This document shows, in pieces, positions 5,951 through 15,000 of a stretch of DNA of 32,000 nt. Under the pieces are notes generated by a model. It was not told the origin of the DNA, did no database searches, and was given only the letters and a program-made list of their open reading frames with translations. This DNA is from an uncultured Alphaproteobacteria bacterium (lineage in GTDB: Bacteria > Pseudomonadota > Alphaproteobacteria > Rs-D84), in the NCBI GenBank assembly GCA_963931495.1, contig OZ007020.1, positions 420,001-452,000 on the forward strand, read 5' to 3'. The translations under genes were made by a program, and so were the position numbers. The stretch's first letter is position 1; every line of letters starts with the position of its first letter.

Positions 5951-8803
5951 TTATACTTGGCAAACTGTGTTACTGTATTGTATTTCAATATTGCGGCAAT
6001 CTGGTTGGTCACCGATGTCGGGGCATGCCGACGAACCCGCGCCAATTGATGTGATATTATTTGGATTTAATCCGGATTCTATCAGTACGTCACGCACAGC
6101 ATCGGCGCGTTGTTGGGACAGTGGTGTATTGATCGCATCGTTACCTGTTTTGTCTGTATTTCCAATAACGCTGATGCAATAATTTGCATTTGTGCCGGAC
6201 GTTTGTTTTACATCTGTGGCGAAATCTTTTATTATTTTTTCTGCATCGGTGGTCAAGCGACTTTCGTTCACAGCAAACAACTGTGGTGCCGGTATTTGCA
6301 GTCTGTCAATTGGTAACGTGGGATTTTTAACGCACTGTCCGGCCAGATTTATTATATGATTCGGACTGGGGCATGCACATGCCGTTATGTATTCTGGGTT
6401 ATCTGGTGAATATTGCGGTATAAAACCATTGTCACATGTACATGAACAATCAGTTGTATCAAAGCGAATGTTTGCCGCCGTGATATCACATTCGTATTCT
6501 TGGCATGTTGCAATTGGCGCAATACACACGTCGTTATCCATTTCTGTGGTTCCAGCAGGACATTGGCATGTGTTGTTTACAGAAATCTTGTCGCCTGGAC
6601 ATATGTCACATGTATTCGTATTTTTGTTATATGCAGATTTTGTGTCAGAACATACACAATTTGGATATGTTCCGGTTGCATTGGATGGACATTGTGCATC
6701 TGCGTCTTGGTCGGGCAAGATTGCAACCGCGTTTTCCAGTGATTTTAATGGTTCATACTTTGCGATGATGTCATCAGTTAAATTCTGGGGTGATTTTTTG
6801 TTTTCATTTATCGCAATATTGCCAATTATACTGGCCAATGTACCAACCCCAGCCGTTATTAAACCTGTTTGTAATTGTTCCGATGTCGCAGATTGTTGCG
6901 CCGCCCATGCCGCCGCCGCAGGTCCAGTCGGATCAGATAACGCCGCCGCCAATGATACATATACACCATCACCGCGACCCAACGATACATTGTCGTATAA
7001 CCCAGATGTCGCACTGTCTTGTATTATCTCGGATTCTATGCCAGGACTTAATCCCAATGCTTCTTTACGCGTCTTTAAGTCTGATGCCAATGTTATATAT
7101 TCTGTATACAGTGGTAATAACTGGTTCCCCCCAGGTAACGTTATGCCCGTTTCACCACCACTGATGTTGCGACCAGAACCATAGTCACACCGGAATGTTG
7201 CCAGGTATGCCGTCATATCGCGTGTCGCATCATTTGATGCATTCTGTTGCGCCAACGCAGATGCTGTTTGCATTAATCCAATACCTGTTGCACCAATGCC
7301 GGCAGCCCCCAGTATCTTGTTCGCTGTTGATTGTTCTTTGTCACGCATCGCGTCCGCATTCGCCTGTAATTCCGAAATCTGGGCCAACGAATCTTCTTGC
7401 GAAAGAATAGGGGTTATGCATGATTTTTTATCCGGGCTGGGGCTGTATCCATCGGCACAGGTATCAATTATGCATACTTCGGTTCCAGTTGCGGTGTCCC
7501 ATTCACGGTGTGCCGCAATGGCGTTTTCTGGCATTGGGTGACAGTCACCCGCAATTGGAACGCATTTACCGTCACTGACATCAAAACCGGCGTTGCATTC
7601 TGTGGCATGGCACACACCGTTTTTCAATTCGCCATTTGTGGCGTTTTCAATGGCGAAAATTTGTTCTGGGGTACATGAACCTTCGCTGGGGATGCATGCA
7701 GTATCGTTGTCATCAGGCAAGAATCCCTTGGCGCATCGTACAATGCATAATAATTTACCGTTACGTAATTCGTATTTTCCGGAACGGGCGTTCGTTGGTA
7801 ATGTCAGGCAATTATCCCCATCACCCAAACACTTGCTATTTTGTTCATCCGCGATGTATGGTGATTTACACTTGGTCACACGGCATGAAATACCGCCGTT
7901 GGCATTTGTGCGGTATGTGCCGGATTCTGCATGTGGGATTTTTGCAATATCGCTGTCGCTGCACGGGTCGCCCGGCTGGACAGACTGTACGACAACGGCA
8001 TCCAGCATCATATCATCGTCCATGGTCAAAGTTATGGTCCCCACATCTGGTGACGATGATGATACAGATACAAACTGTTGATTATACCCCAGGCCACTGA
8101 TTAATATTTCATCGGTTATACTTGTAACTTCCAGACTGAAATGTCCATTTGCATCAGTTGTTGCATAGTTTGCCAGTCCTGGGACAGATATATCGGCACC
8201 AACCACCGGACCAATGTTATCAACAACCGTACCGGTTACAAACATTGTTGTCGCATTTGATTCCGGTGCAGACGTGGATTCAGACGGCGTTTGTGGAATG
8301 TTCATTAAATCAGCATGTAAATCTGTGTCGGGGGTGTTGAATTCCATGTCTGGAACCTGGATATCATCGTATGAAACGTCAATGTCGTTTGATATTTCTG
8401 GGGCGTCTGGTGTTGTAACTGTTCTGGTGTTCCCGTTACATTCGGCATCAATCATTTCATTTATGAATTGTTCTTCGGCAATAAATTCCAATTGGCCATT
8501 TTGACATTGTTGCGGTTGGCATTGGCGTAATGTTTGTCCCGCCTGGCACGTGTATGGATATGACTGCATACCCAAAGTGCACATAGTGTCCAGATTTTGT
8601 GTCAGTGGTGTATCAAGTTGTTTGTTGAATTCCGAATTTGGATCATTTTTTATTTGATTATATATTTGTTGGTATCGTGGGTTGTTGGCCGGTGCGTCAA
8701 AAGCATATTTTTGCCGAACCCGAATGGCACAATCGTCAATACTGGCCGCGAATGCGGGCAATGTAAACAATGCCACAAAAATTCCGGTCAATATCTTGTT
8801 CAT
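5951..8803 (-). CDS. Large cysteine-rich envelope protein, family member C. Domain order: CarboxypepD_reg-like fold, four tandem 4-Cys repeats, glycine zipper, EGF-like Cys cluster, C-terminal OmpA-like peptidoglycan-binding domain.
   Basis: Signal peptide MNKILTGIFVALFTLPAFA. About 43 Cys. TGTVVDNIGPVVGADISVPGLANYATTDANGHFSLEV (nt 8018-8245) matches the carboxypeptidase-regulatory-like beta-sandwich pattern. Glycine zipper ILGAAGIGATGIGLMQTA at 7253-7318. Cys cluster CPSNATGTYPNCVCS...CDICPGD...CQCPAGT...CSCTCDNGF at 6332-6691. The OmpA_C-like motif set ISVIGNTDKTGNDAINTPLSQQRADAVRDVLIESGL...G.GSSACP...CRNIEIQY lies at 5969-6283. The start is 6 nt after the upstream stop, with AGAAAGG as RBS. 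Confidence 0.9.
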   Translation of the reverse strand: MNKILTGIFVALFTLPAFAASIDDCAIRVRQKYAFDAPANNPRYQQIYNQIKNDPNSEFNKQLDTPLTQNLDTMCTLGMQSYPYTCQAGQTLRQCQPQQCQNGQLEFIAEEQFINEMIDAECNGNTRTVTTPDAPEISNDIDVSYDDIQVPDMEFNTPDTDLHADLMNIPQTPSESTSAPESNATTMFVTGTVVDNIGPVVGADISVPGLANYATTDANGHFSLEVTSITDEILISGLGYNQQFVSVSSSSPDVGTITLTMDDDMMLDAVVVQSVQPGDPCSDSDIAKIPHAESGTYRTNANGGISCRVTKCKSPYIADEQNSKCLGDGDNCLTLPTNARSGKYELRNGKLLCIVRCAKGFLPDDNDTACIPSEGSCTPEQIFAIENATNGELKNGVCHATECNAGFDVSDGKCVPIAGDCHPMPENAIAAHREWDTATGTEVCIIDTCADGYSPSPDKKSCITPILSQEDSLAQISELQANADAMRDKEQSTANKILGAAGIGATGIGLMQTASALAQQNASNDATRDMTAYLATFRCDYGSGRNISGGETGITLPGGNQLLPLYTEYITLASDLKTRKEALGLSPGIESEIIQDSATSGLYDNVSLGRGDGVYVSLAAALSDPTGPAAAAWAAQQSATSEQLQTGLITAGVGTLASIIGNIAINENKKSPQNLTDDIIAKYEPLKSLENAVAILPDQDADAQCPSNATGTYPNCVCSDTKSAYNKNTNTCDICPGDKISVNNTCQCPAGTTEMDNDVCIAPIATCQEYECDITAANIRFDTTDCSCTCDNGFIPQYSPDNPEYITACACPSPNHIINLAGQCVKNPTLPIDRLQIPAPQLFAVNESRLTTDAEKIIKDFATDVKQTSGTNANYCISVIGNTDKTGNDAINTPLSQQRADAVRDVLIESGLNPNNITSIGAGSSACPDIGDQPDCRNIEIQYSNTVCQV
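7415..7963 (-). repeat. Four tandem ~40-45-aa 4-Cys protein repeats inside gene C
   Basis: aa 281-325, 332-370, 377-414 and 421-462. Each follows C-x20-25-(G..)C-x3-4-C-x2-G[FY]/PY-x6-9-C-[ILV]-[PGT]. Examples: NCLTLPTNARSGKYELRNGKLLCIVRCAKGFLPDDNDTACIP, SCTPEQIFAIENATNGELKNGVCHATECNAGFDVSDGKCVP, DCHPMPENAIAAHREWDTATGTEVCIIDTCADGYSPSPDKKSCITP. Confidence 0.8.
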
Positions 8804-8809
8804 GCCTTT

Positions 8810-10177
8810 CTATCTCTGTGCGACGCCACGCTGGGTGGTTGATTGGATATTTGATGTATCGTTGTCTGGCGCGCTGGATGGGGCGACCGCGTCGTTTGAT
8901 GTTGTCGGTGGTAATTCGCCATAGTTTTGTTCGTATTCATCCTGGGCATCTTTCAGGGCGGATTCTGCCTGGTGACGATCAACCGCACGGTCAATTGCCC
9001 CAGATGTTATCGCACCAACGCCAATCCCAAGACCAGAACCCATAATCGCCGCCGTCGCAGATGTTTGTGCACTGGTTAACCGATACGCATTTTCCATAAA
9101 TGTTGTAATATCAATGCCAAACCAATTAGGTGTACAATCAAATGTTGAACCGGCATACGCCTTTTTAGATGCATATAACGTTCCATCTTCGCCCGCATAG
9201 AATTCAACCGTGTATACGCAATCCATTGTGCGTTCGTCCAATGTTGCCCCCAGTGCCATGCAAGTTTCGCGCATTTCGTCGCGTAATTCATATAAACGTT
9301 GTTCGTCACGTTGAACCTGGACTTCGGCATCTTGGCGTAAAATGGCAAAAACATTCATTGCACGGGCGGCCAGACCGCTGTCTTGCTGAATACAATTGTC
9401 AGCGATTGTTTTACATGCCGCAATTGCCGCATCGCCGTCTGATTTGCCCAGACATCCACCAAATGTTGTTCCGCACTGGGTCACAATACAATCATTATAT
9501 GCGTTGCCACAGTCCAGTACGTCATTATATGACGCCAAGCGTGCATTCATATCACGGTCGGCCTTGATTTCGGTGGAAAATAATTTGTATTCTTCGCCAG
9601 TGCATTCGGCATCCATGCGGCACAAATCCATTTTGTTGCCCCATGTGGTATCAGTATCGCCACGACATTGTGTGAAATCTTCGCCACATTTTTCTTGCAT
9701 GCAACGACGCAATGATACATCACATGCATTTTGCCCGGTGGCCAATGCGTTTTGCATATTCTGGGTCGCCGTGTTTGTGGCGTCGGCCGCATCCAGGGCG
9801 GCACGTTGACGTTGAATCATGTCGGCCAATGCCAATGCAGATGTGTCGGTTGTTGATGCCGATGTTGATGACGCGCCCAGTACAGAATCAAACTGGCTTG
9901 ATTTATTTTCAATTATTTCTGTGGGTTCGGTTTCAGATACTGGTTCGGCCGTTTCTGGTTCTGTGGCGTTTTCTGTTGTTTGTGTTGTCGTATTGGTAAC
10001 CGTGGTACGAACACCCGATGCAACACGACCGGATACCGACGGACGGGCCGTGGTTGTGCGTTGGGCAACGGTGGCGGCATCAGCGTATTGTATCATGCCG
10101 ATTATTGTCGCCAGCGCAAATACAGCCCCCATTGGGTGCATCATTTTATGGCAAAGATTTTCAAATGGTCGTTTCAT
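8810..10177 (-). CDS. Cysteine-rich exported protein, family member D, with a C-terminal glycine zipper
   Basis: Signal-like N-terminus ...MGAVFALATIIGMIQYADA. Thr/Arg/Glu-rich low-complexity region. Two C-x6-C-x4-C-G-x2-F-x2-C modules (nt 9665-9724 and 9452-9511). Glycine zipper ATAAIMGSGLGIGVGAITSGAI at 8996-9058. The start is 9 nt after the stop of the upstream gene. Confidence 0.88.
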   Translation of the reverse strand: MKRPFENLCHKMMHPMGAVFALATIIGMIQYADAATVAQRTTTARPSVSGRVASGVRTTVTNTTTQTTENATEPETAEPVSETEPTEIIENKSSQFDSVLGASSTSASTTDTSALALADMIQRQRAALDAADATNTATQNMQNALATGQNACDVSLRRCMQEKCGEDFTQCRGDTDTTWGNKMDLCRMDAECTGEEYKLFSTEIKADRDMNARLASYNDVLDCGNAYNDCIVTQCGTTFGGCLGKSDGDAAIAACKTIADNCIQQDSGLAARAMNVFAILRQDAEVQVQRDEQRLYELRDEMRETCMALGATLDERTMDCVYTVEFYAGEDGTLYASKKAYAGSTFDCTPNWFGIDITTFMENAYRLTSAQTSATAAIMGSGLGIGVGAITSGAIDRAVDRHQAESALKDAQDEYEQNYGELPPTTSNDAVAPSSAPDNDTSNIQSTTQRGVAQR

Positions 10178-10186
10178 TTATGTTCT

Positions 10187-11053
10187 TTAATCCAATAATT
10201 CACATGCCGTGTCATAAAATTCACACAGTTGTGTTGCCGCCGTGCGTTCGGATTCATATCCGTCACCACAGTGGTTGGGCATATTTTGTGCGCACACGGT
10301 TTCAATACATATATTTTTTGCGTTGGCATCTTTGCATCCATTTTGTGCCGATGCCAGGCGTTGTTCGCGTGCATTCTGGTACGCGGTAACAATGTTGTTT
10401 AACAATGTATCGGCGTTTTCAATGGCAAAGTCGCGGTCAGATGTTAAATCTGCGCGTATGTCGGCCAGATATTCATCACATCCCGCAGCAACAACCCCGC
10501 ATTCAGAAAAGAATTTATTAAAATCTGAATCTGTTTCGCATGCCGCCCAGTCTGGACCGCAACGATTCGCATTCACCATACATGCACGAATATCGGTGGA
10601 ACATGATGTCGCACTGGTGGTCTGGGCATTACGCGCCAGTGATGCCGCGTATTGTGCACTGACCCCCGCGGCACGACATGATTGTTCAATTAATTTATCG
10701 TATACATCAGATACGTCGTCCGCCGTGCAACCGTCAACCTTGGAAATACACTGGCGGGCCGCCCATATATAACGCTGGCCCGGGTCGGTTGGCGCGTCAG
10801 CCAGTTCGTCTTCGGTTAATGTGTATCGTGCAGACTGGCCCAAAGACAGACTGCGCATGCCACCGGTTGTTGGCGGGGTGCCGGCACTGGATGTGCCACA
10901 ATATTGACACCGTGCCGCCGGATTAGATGACACATTTATTGCACATACAGAATCCAGGCAACGCGTTAAGTTCATCTGGGAACACGTGGCACCAAGCGCA
11001 AATGACGGGCACAATAACACCCCGACGAAAAAAAATGTAATACGTGTGTTCAT
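10187..11053 (-). CDS. Cysteine-rich exported protein, family member E (compact version, first gene of the operon)
   Basis: Signal peptide MNTRITFFFVGVLLCPSFALGA. 20 Cys in ~266 mature aa. N-terminal knot CSQMNLTRCLDSVCAINVSSNPAARCQYC. Module CSTDIRACMVNANRCGPDWAAC at nt 10538-10603. Confidence 0.88.
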   Translation of the reverse strand: MNTRITFFFVGVLLCPSFALGATCSQMNLTRCLDSVCAINVSSNPAARCQYCGTSSAGTPPTTGGMRSLSLGQSARYTLTEDELADAPTDPGQRYIWAARQCISKVDGCTADDVSDVYDKLIEQSCRAAGVSAQYAASLARNAQTTSATSCSTDIRACMVNANRCGPDWAACETDSDFNKFFSECGVVAAGCDEYLADIRADLTSDRDFAIENADTLLNNIVTAYQNAREQRLASAQNGCKDANAKNICIETVCAQNMPNHCGDGYESERTAATQLCEFYDTACELLD

Positions 11054-11070
11054 TTCTCTCTTTACGCAAA

Positions 11071-11099
11071 ATTATATCAAAAAACATTATAACTTGAAA
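11071..11099 (-). promoter_or_regulatory. Putative promoter of the E-D-C operon (extended -10)
   Basis: On the minus strand: TTTCAA (11099-11094), 17 nt, TGATATAAT (11079-11071). It lies ~18 nt upstream of the ATG at 11053. Confidence 0.45.
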
Positions 11100-11139
11100 G
11101 TAAAAATACATGGGTTAATATAAAAATTGAACTGTATAC

Positions 11140-11168
11140 TTGACAAAATAGTATAATTTGTCTATATT
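11140..11168 (+). promoter_or_regulatory. Putative sigma70-type promoter for the 11201 gene
   Basis: TTGACA (11140-11145), 17 nt, TATATT (11163-11168). RBS AGGA at 11191-11194. Confidence 0.55.
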
Positions 11169-11200
11169 GCTAATACAAGCAAGTTAAAAAAGGAAATGAA

Positions 11201-11899
11201 ATGGCGAATGTTAAAAGAATTTTAGTCAGAACAAGTGCGGGGATTGCCGGTGCTGCGTTACTGGTGTTTGGTATCACGCAATGCAATGGCAAGCGCGATG
11301 AACGTGCGGCCAAAGAATCAGCGCTGCGCAGTGCAAATGAAACGCAAGAACAATATATCAAGGCAGTGCATACGTTACAAGATGCCGCCGTCGCAATTGA
11401 CAGTTTGTTAAAAGATAATGGTGTCCAGGCGGATTCTATTATTGTTCTGAATGATTCAATCCAAGTGTTAAACGATTCGTTGGATTTGACCCAGCGTCAA
11501 TTGATTGATTGCAGAAATTCAAAAAAGAAACCAGTGCGCAAATCACAACCTGGCCAGAAACAGCCAAAACCACAACCGCGCGTTGTTGATACAGTTATGG
11601 CGCCGTCTGGGGTTAATAACGAAACAATAATTGAACTGCGTGACAGTGTGAAAAACGATGGTGATATTGTTGTCGCAAATGGCGATACACGTGGCAATAA
11701 TAAAACGCAAATTACATTGGGCAATGGTGCTGAAAATAATGGTACAATTGTCGTTAACAATGGTGGTAATGTCACAATATATGGTAAAAATGCCACTGAA
11801 AACACGGCGGATACGTTGAAAAACAAGGCACATGCAGATACACTGCGTGCAAAAGTTATATGTGTTTGGACAAAACGTGAACGTTCGTGGACGCGTTAA
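11201..11899 (+). CDS. Hypothetical membrane-anchored or exported protein with a coiled-coil-like segment, a basic Lys/Pro/Gln linker and an Asn/Gly-rich C-terminal repeat region
   Basis: Good RBS. N-terminal hydrophobic segment SAGIAGAALLVFGITQC. LNDSIQVLNDSLD repeat. Basic linker KKKPVRKSQPGQKQPKPQPR. C-terminal region GDIVVANGDTRGNNKTQITLGNGAENNGTIVVNNGGNVTIYGKN. A strong terminator lies downstream. Confidence 0.8.
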   Translation: MANVKRILVRTSAGIAGAALLVFGITQCNGKRDERAAKESALRSANETQEQYIKAVHTLQDAAVAIDSLLKDNGVQADSIIVLNDSIQVLNDSLDLTQRQLIDCRNSKKKPVRKSQPGQKQPKPQPRVVDTVMAPSGVNNETIIELRDSVKNDGDIVVANGDTRGNNKTQITLGNGAENNGTIVVNNGGNVTIYGKNATENTADTLKNKAHADTLRAKVICVWTKRERSWTR

Positions 11900-11923
11900 T
11901 AAATAAGTGTAATGTGTAATAAT

Positions 11924-11955
11924 ATGCCCCGGGGGTTGCCCGGGGCATTTTTTTG
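11924..11955 (+). terminator. Intrinsic terminator
   Basis: ATGCCCCGGG (11924-11933), loop GGTTG, CCCGGGGCAT (11939-11948), T7. Confidence 0.85.
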
Positions 11956-11965
11956 GTATGAATTT

Positions 11966-11994
11966 TTGCTAGACATATCTTTCACAAGTATGTT
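11966..11994 (+). promoter_or_regulatory. Putative promoter for the 12025 autotransporter gene
   Basis: TTGCTA (11966-11971), 17 nt, TATGTT (11989-11994). Confidence 0.35.
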
Positions 11995-12024
11995 AAGATG
12001 TTTTTTGTACAGAGAGAATAGTTA

Positions 12025-15000
12025 ATGAAATATATCAGAATTTTTCTGTTTGCTTTGTTTTTTGCACCAATGGCGGCGTTTGCGGCAACGCCCAGTAATG
12101 AATTCATGGTTGCGGCACAGTTGCTGTCTGCGGCCAAGAATGCCGATATTCAACAGGTGCAAAATCTTATCAACAGTGGCGCAAATGTTAATTATGTGGA
12201 CAGTACGGGATTGTCACTGGTGTGTACCGCGTTGATGAATAATGATGTACGCGCAGCACAGATATTACAAATGTATGGTGCAGATGCGTCACAGTGTGAC
12301 CGGCAAATCAAACAATACGAATCGCGAAATGTGCCCGAGAGCAGCGGGGGACTGTTCAGCGGACTATCTTCCGCCCAGAGTATTTCATTAGCGGCGGCCG
12401 GGGCCGCCGTTGTCGTAGGTGGGCTGTTTTTATTAACAGACTGGCTGGACCCGGGAAATGAAAATAATAATGGTGGAATATCCGGCGGTGGTGACCGTCC
12501 TGGCCAGGGTGACGGCAGTGGTGGTAATGGTAATAAAACAGAATGGCAGGTTGGGGCAATTCCATATGGCCCGGCAATGCCAGATGCCGAAGCAGAGACA
12601 AAAAATTATACTGCAAATTTGAATCTGTACAGTGATGCAGAGTCGTTCAAAGAAAATTTCACATTAATGACCAAGACATATCGTCAAAATTACTTGTTGA
12701 TGATGCATGGGTATTCGTCGTTTGCACGTGGATATATGGGACAACGCACATTGCGTTATGAAGACAGGTCACCTGTGCCGGCAAGTGTTTTGGGAAACTA
12801 TAATTTGGGACAATGGCAACTGGGCGGCGGTCGGCCGGTTACAGTTGCGCTGGTCACAGAAAATGGTATAAATGCTGCGTCTAAACCCGCTGGTGAAATT
12901 TCAGCAGAAAAAAATTCCTTGGATGACCAATTACTGGTGTGGGCCACAATGAGTGGGGATAAGGTTAATAATACAGATGTTGGAATGTTATCCAGTAAGT
13001 ATTATAACAATGTCATTCAATTGGGAACAGGCGAAGGTGATACGCTAACAAATTCATATACCTATGAAGATGGCACATTGGTTAATAATTTTGACCTGGC
13101 GGGGTTCGGAACGGCGGTAAATAATACATCGGCAACCAATGATGACGATTTGTTGGCCAAGGTTGTCGGTGGCGGTACCAGTGGATATCCAAATGCGGAC
13201 TTTATGGGATTTATGCCAAATGGCCAAATGATGATTTTCCGTACAGGTGATGGAAATGGACTGGTTAATATCGCCAAAGACGAACAATCGGCCACAGGCA
13301 CGTATACCATGGCGGGTGACAGTTTGGCAACAGGGGACACACTGTCATTATTTGGAAAAACATTAACGGTAACCAGAACCGGAAATCAAATAACGGCGGT
13401 TGCGGATGATGAAACAAAGTATACCGGATATATTGGGGCGGACGGGCTGTTGTATATTGACAGTGCCGCCGATGGTGTCATAGACCAGGCATATGAATTG
13501 GCCGATAATAACCTGACCATGGTTAAAAAGGCAGGCAAGATTGATTATTATAATTACAAGGCGTTAATTAATGCCGCGGCGTTGTACAATGCAAATGGGT
13601 TGACCGGTGATTTAGAAGGTGGGCGTTCGCGGCCGTTTATATTGGCAAATGCGTCGGTTATTGAACCACTGCATGATAAATCGTCGGCGACAATTGAAGA
13701 TGTTTTGTCATATGGAAACGATTCGGATTCTTTGTTGTACGGATTTACGACACTGATAAATGAATATTATAACAACAGTGAAACAGATGGTGTAAACGGC
13801 AATGACGATACGCCTGATGTGTACGCGACGGCGTTCTTTAAGGGATTGGGAATGACATATTCGCCACTGGTTATTTTTTCAACCGGGGCGTCAGAGACAG
13901 ATGCAAATTATTCCGGGAAACATTTAGAGGCATCATTTGAAAATTCTGCGCCGTTGGTGTTTGATAATATGGAACATTTGTTTATGTCTGTTGTGCCAGT
14001 ATCTTTGTCTGGGGCTGGGACCGCGAATGTGGAAACAGTCAGTGGTTTTAACCCGTCAAACAGCAAATACCAAGTGTCACAATGGCAAAGTACCAATGGA
14101 ACATCGGATACAACGGATGATGATACTTTTTATATGGGGCGCGTTTGTGGCGTTGCGGGAACGGGCGCGAATGGTGTTGATCCATGGTGTTTTGCCGCCG
14201 CTGGTGTGACAGATGAATTGGCGGTTGCGTCGGCCGCAGGGGCCGCAGGTTCATTAAAGTCCGCGTTTAGTTATATGAGCAGCGAGCAGTTATTCACGTT
14301 GATGGCGTTGACCGCCGATGGGGCATACTTGGGCACGGATACGTCGGGCAACCCGTTTTCAACAGAAGAAAGTTTGATTTCTTATTTACAAGGTATTTAT
14401 CAAATGCCGAACGAATATGAATATCGCTGGAAAGAAGGTGGTGAAAACTATCTGGACGTATTTAAGGAAGTTTTTGGATATGGTGTAATTAACCTGGAAC
14501 GCGCAACAAAGCCGGGAACAAATATATATTTTTATAATGGTACAGATATTGTGTCGGATAATGGCAATGCGTATTGGCGTGCGGCAACAAACACCGTGTT
14601 TCGGCCGTCGTCGGTGTTTGGGGCGCGGGCCGCAACAATCAGTGCGCCATTCTTTGATGTTCTGGAAAGTTTTGATGGTTCAATGACTTTGCCACGTGTG
14701 TGGAAGAATGAATTCTCGTTGGCGGGGGCGTCAGAACGGGGATTGTACATGGGTGACGTGTTGGGCGATTTCAAAACACGTGATTCAGATGCGCCGCGGG
14801 TTCAGTTCGGTAATTTCGGATTTTCTATGGCATTTTCTGAAAAACCGTATGTTGATAATTTGAATGGATTGGACGAATTAAGTATGGATTATTCATTGGG
14901 TAATTGGAATTTTGCCGCCGGTTATCAACGGCACTTTACAGATGGTAATTCACGGTATAACGGAATGTCTAATCCGATTTTGGGATTGGCGTCAAATGTG

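Noticed and set aside
6387-7184. A 265-aa plus-strand ORF, together with neighbouring ORFs at 6500-6768, 6790-7164, 7593-8100 and 8214-8504.
   Set aside because: These lie antisense to the 950-aa gene C, which has a signal peptide and recognisable domains. The antisense translations are low-complexity with no start context. I treat them as shadow ORFs.
11201-11290. Calling the 11201 product a lipoprotein.
   Set aside because: The only Cys after the hydrophobic segment is in the context FGITQC. Gln at position -1 does not fit the L-[ASTVI]-[GAS]-C lipobox.
12800-14520. Calling the 1240-aa protein an active S8 serine protease autotransporter.
   Set aside because: Only peripheral landmarks of the fold are visible. 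By eye, the D/H/S catalytic motifs are not intact, so I describe the protein as S8-like and probably inactive.
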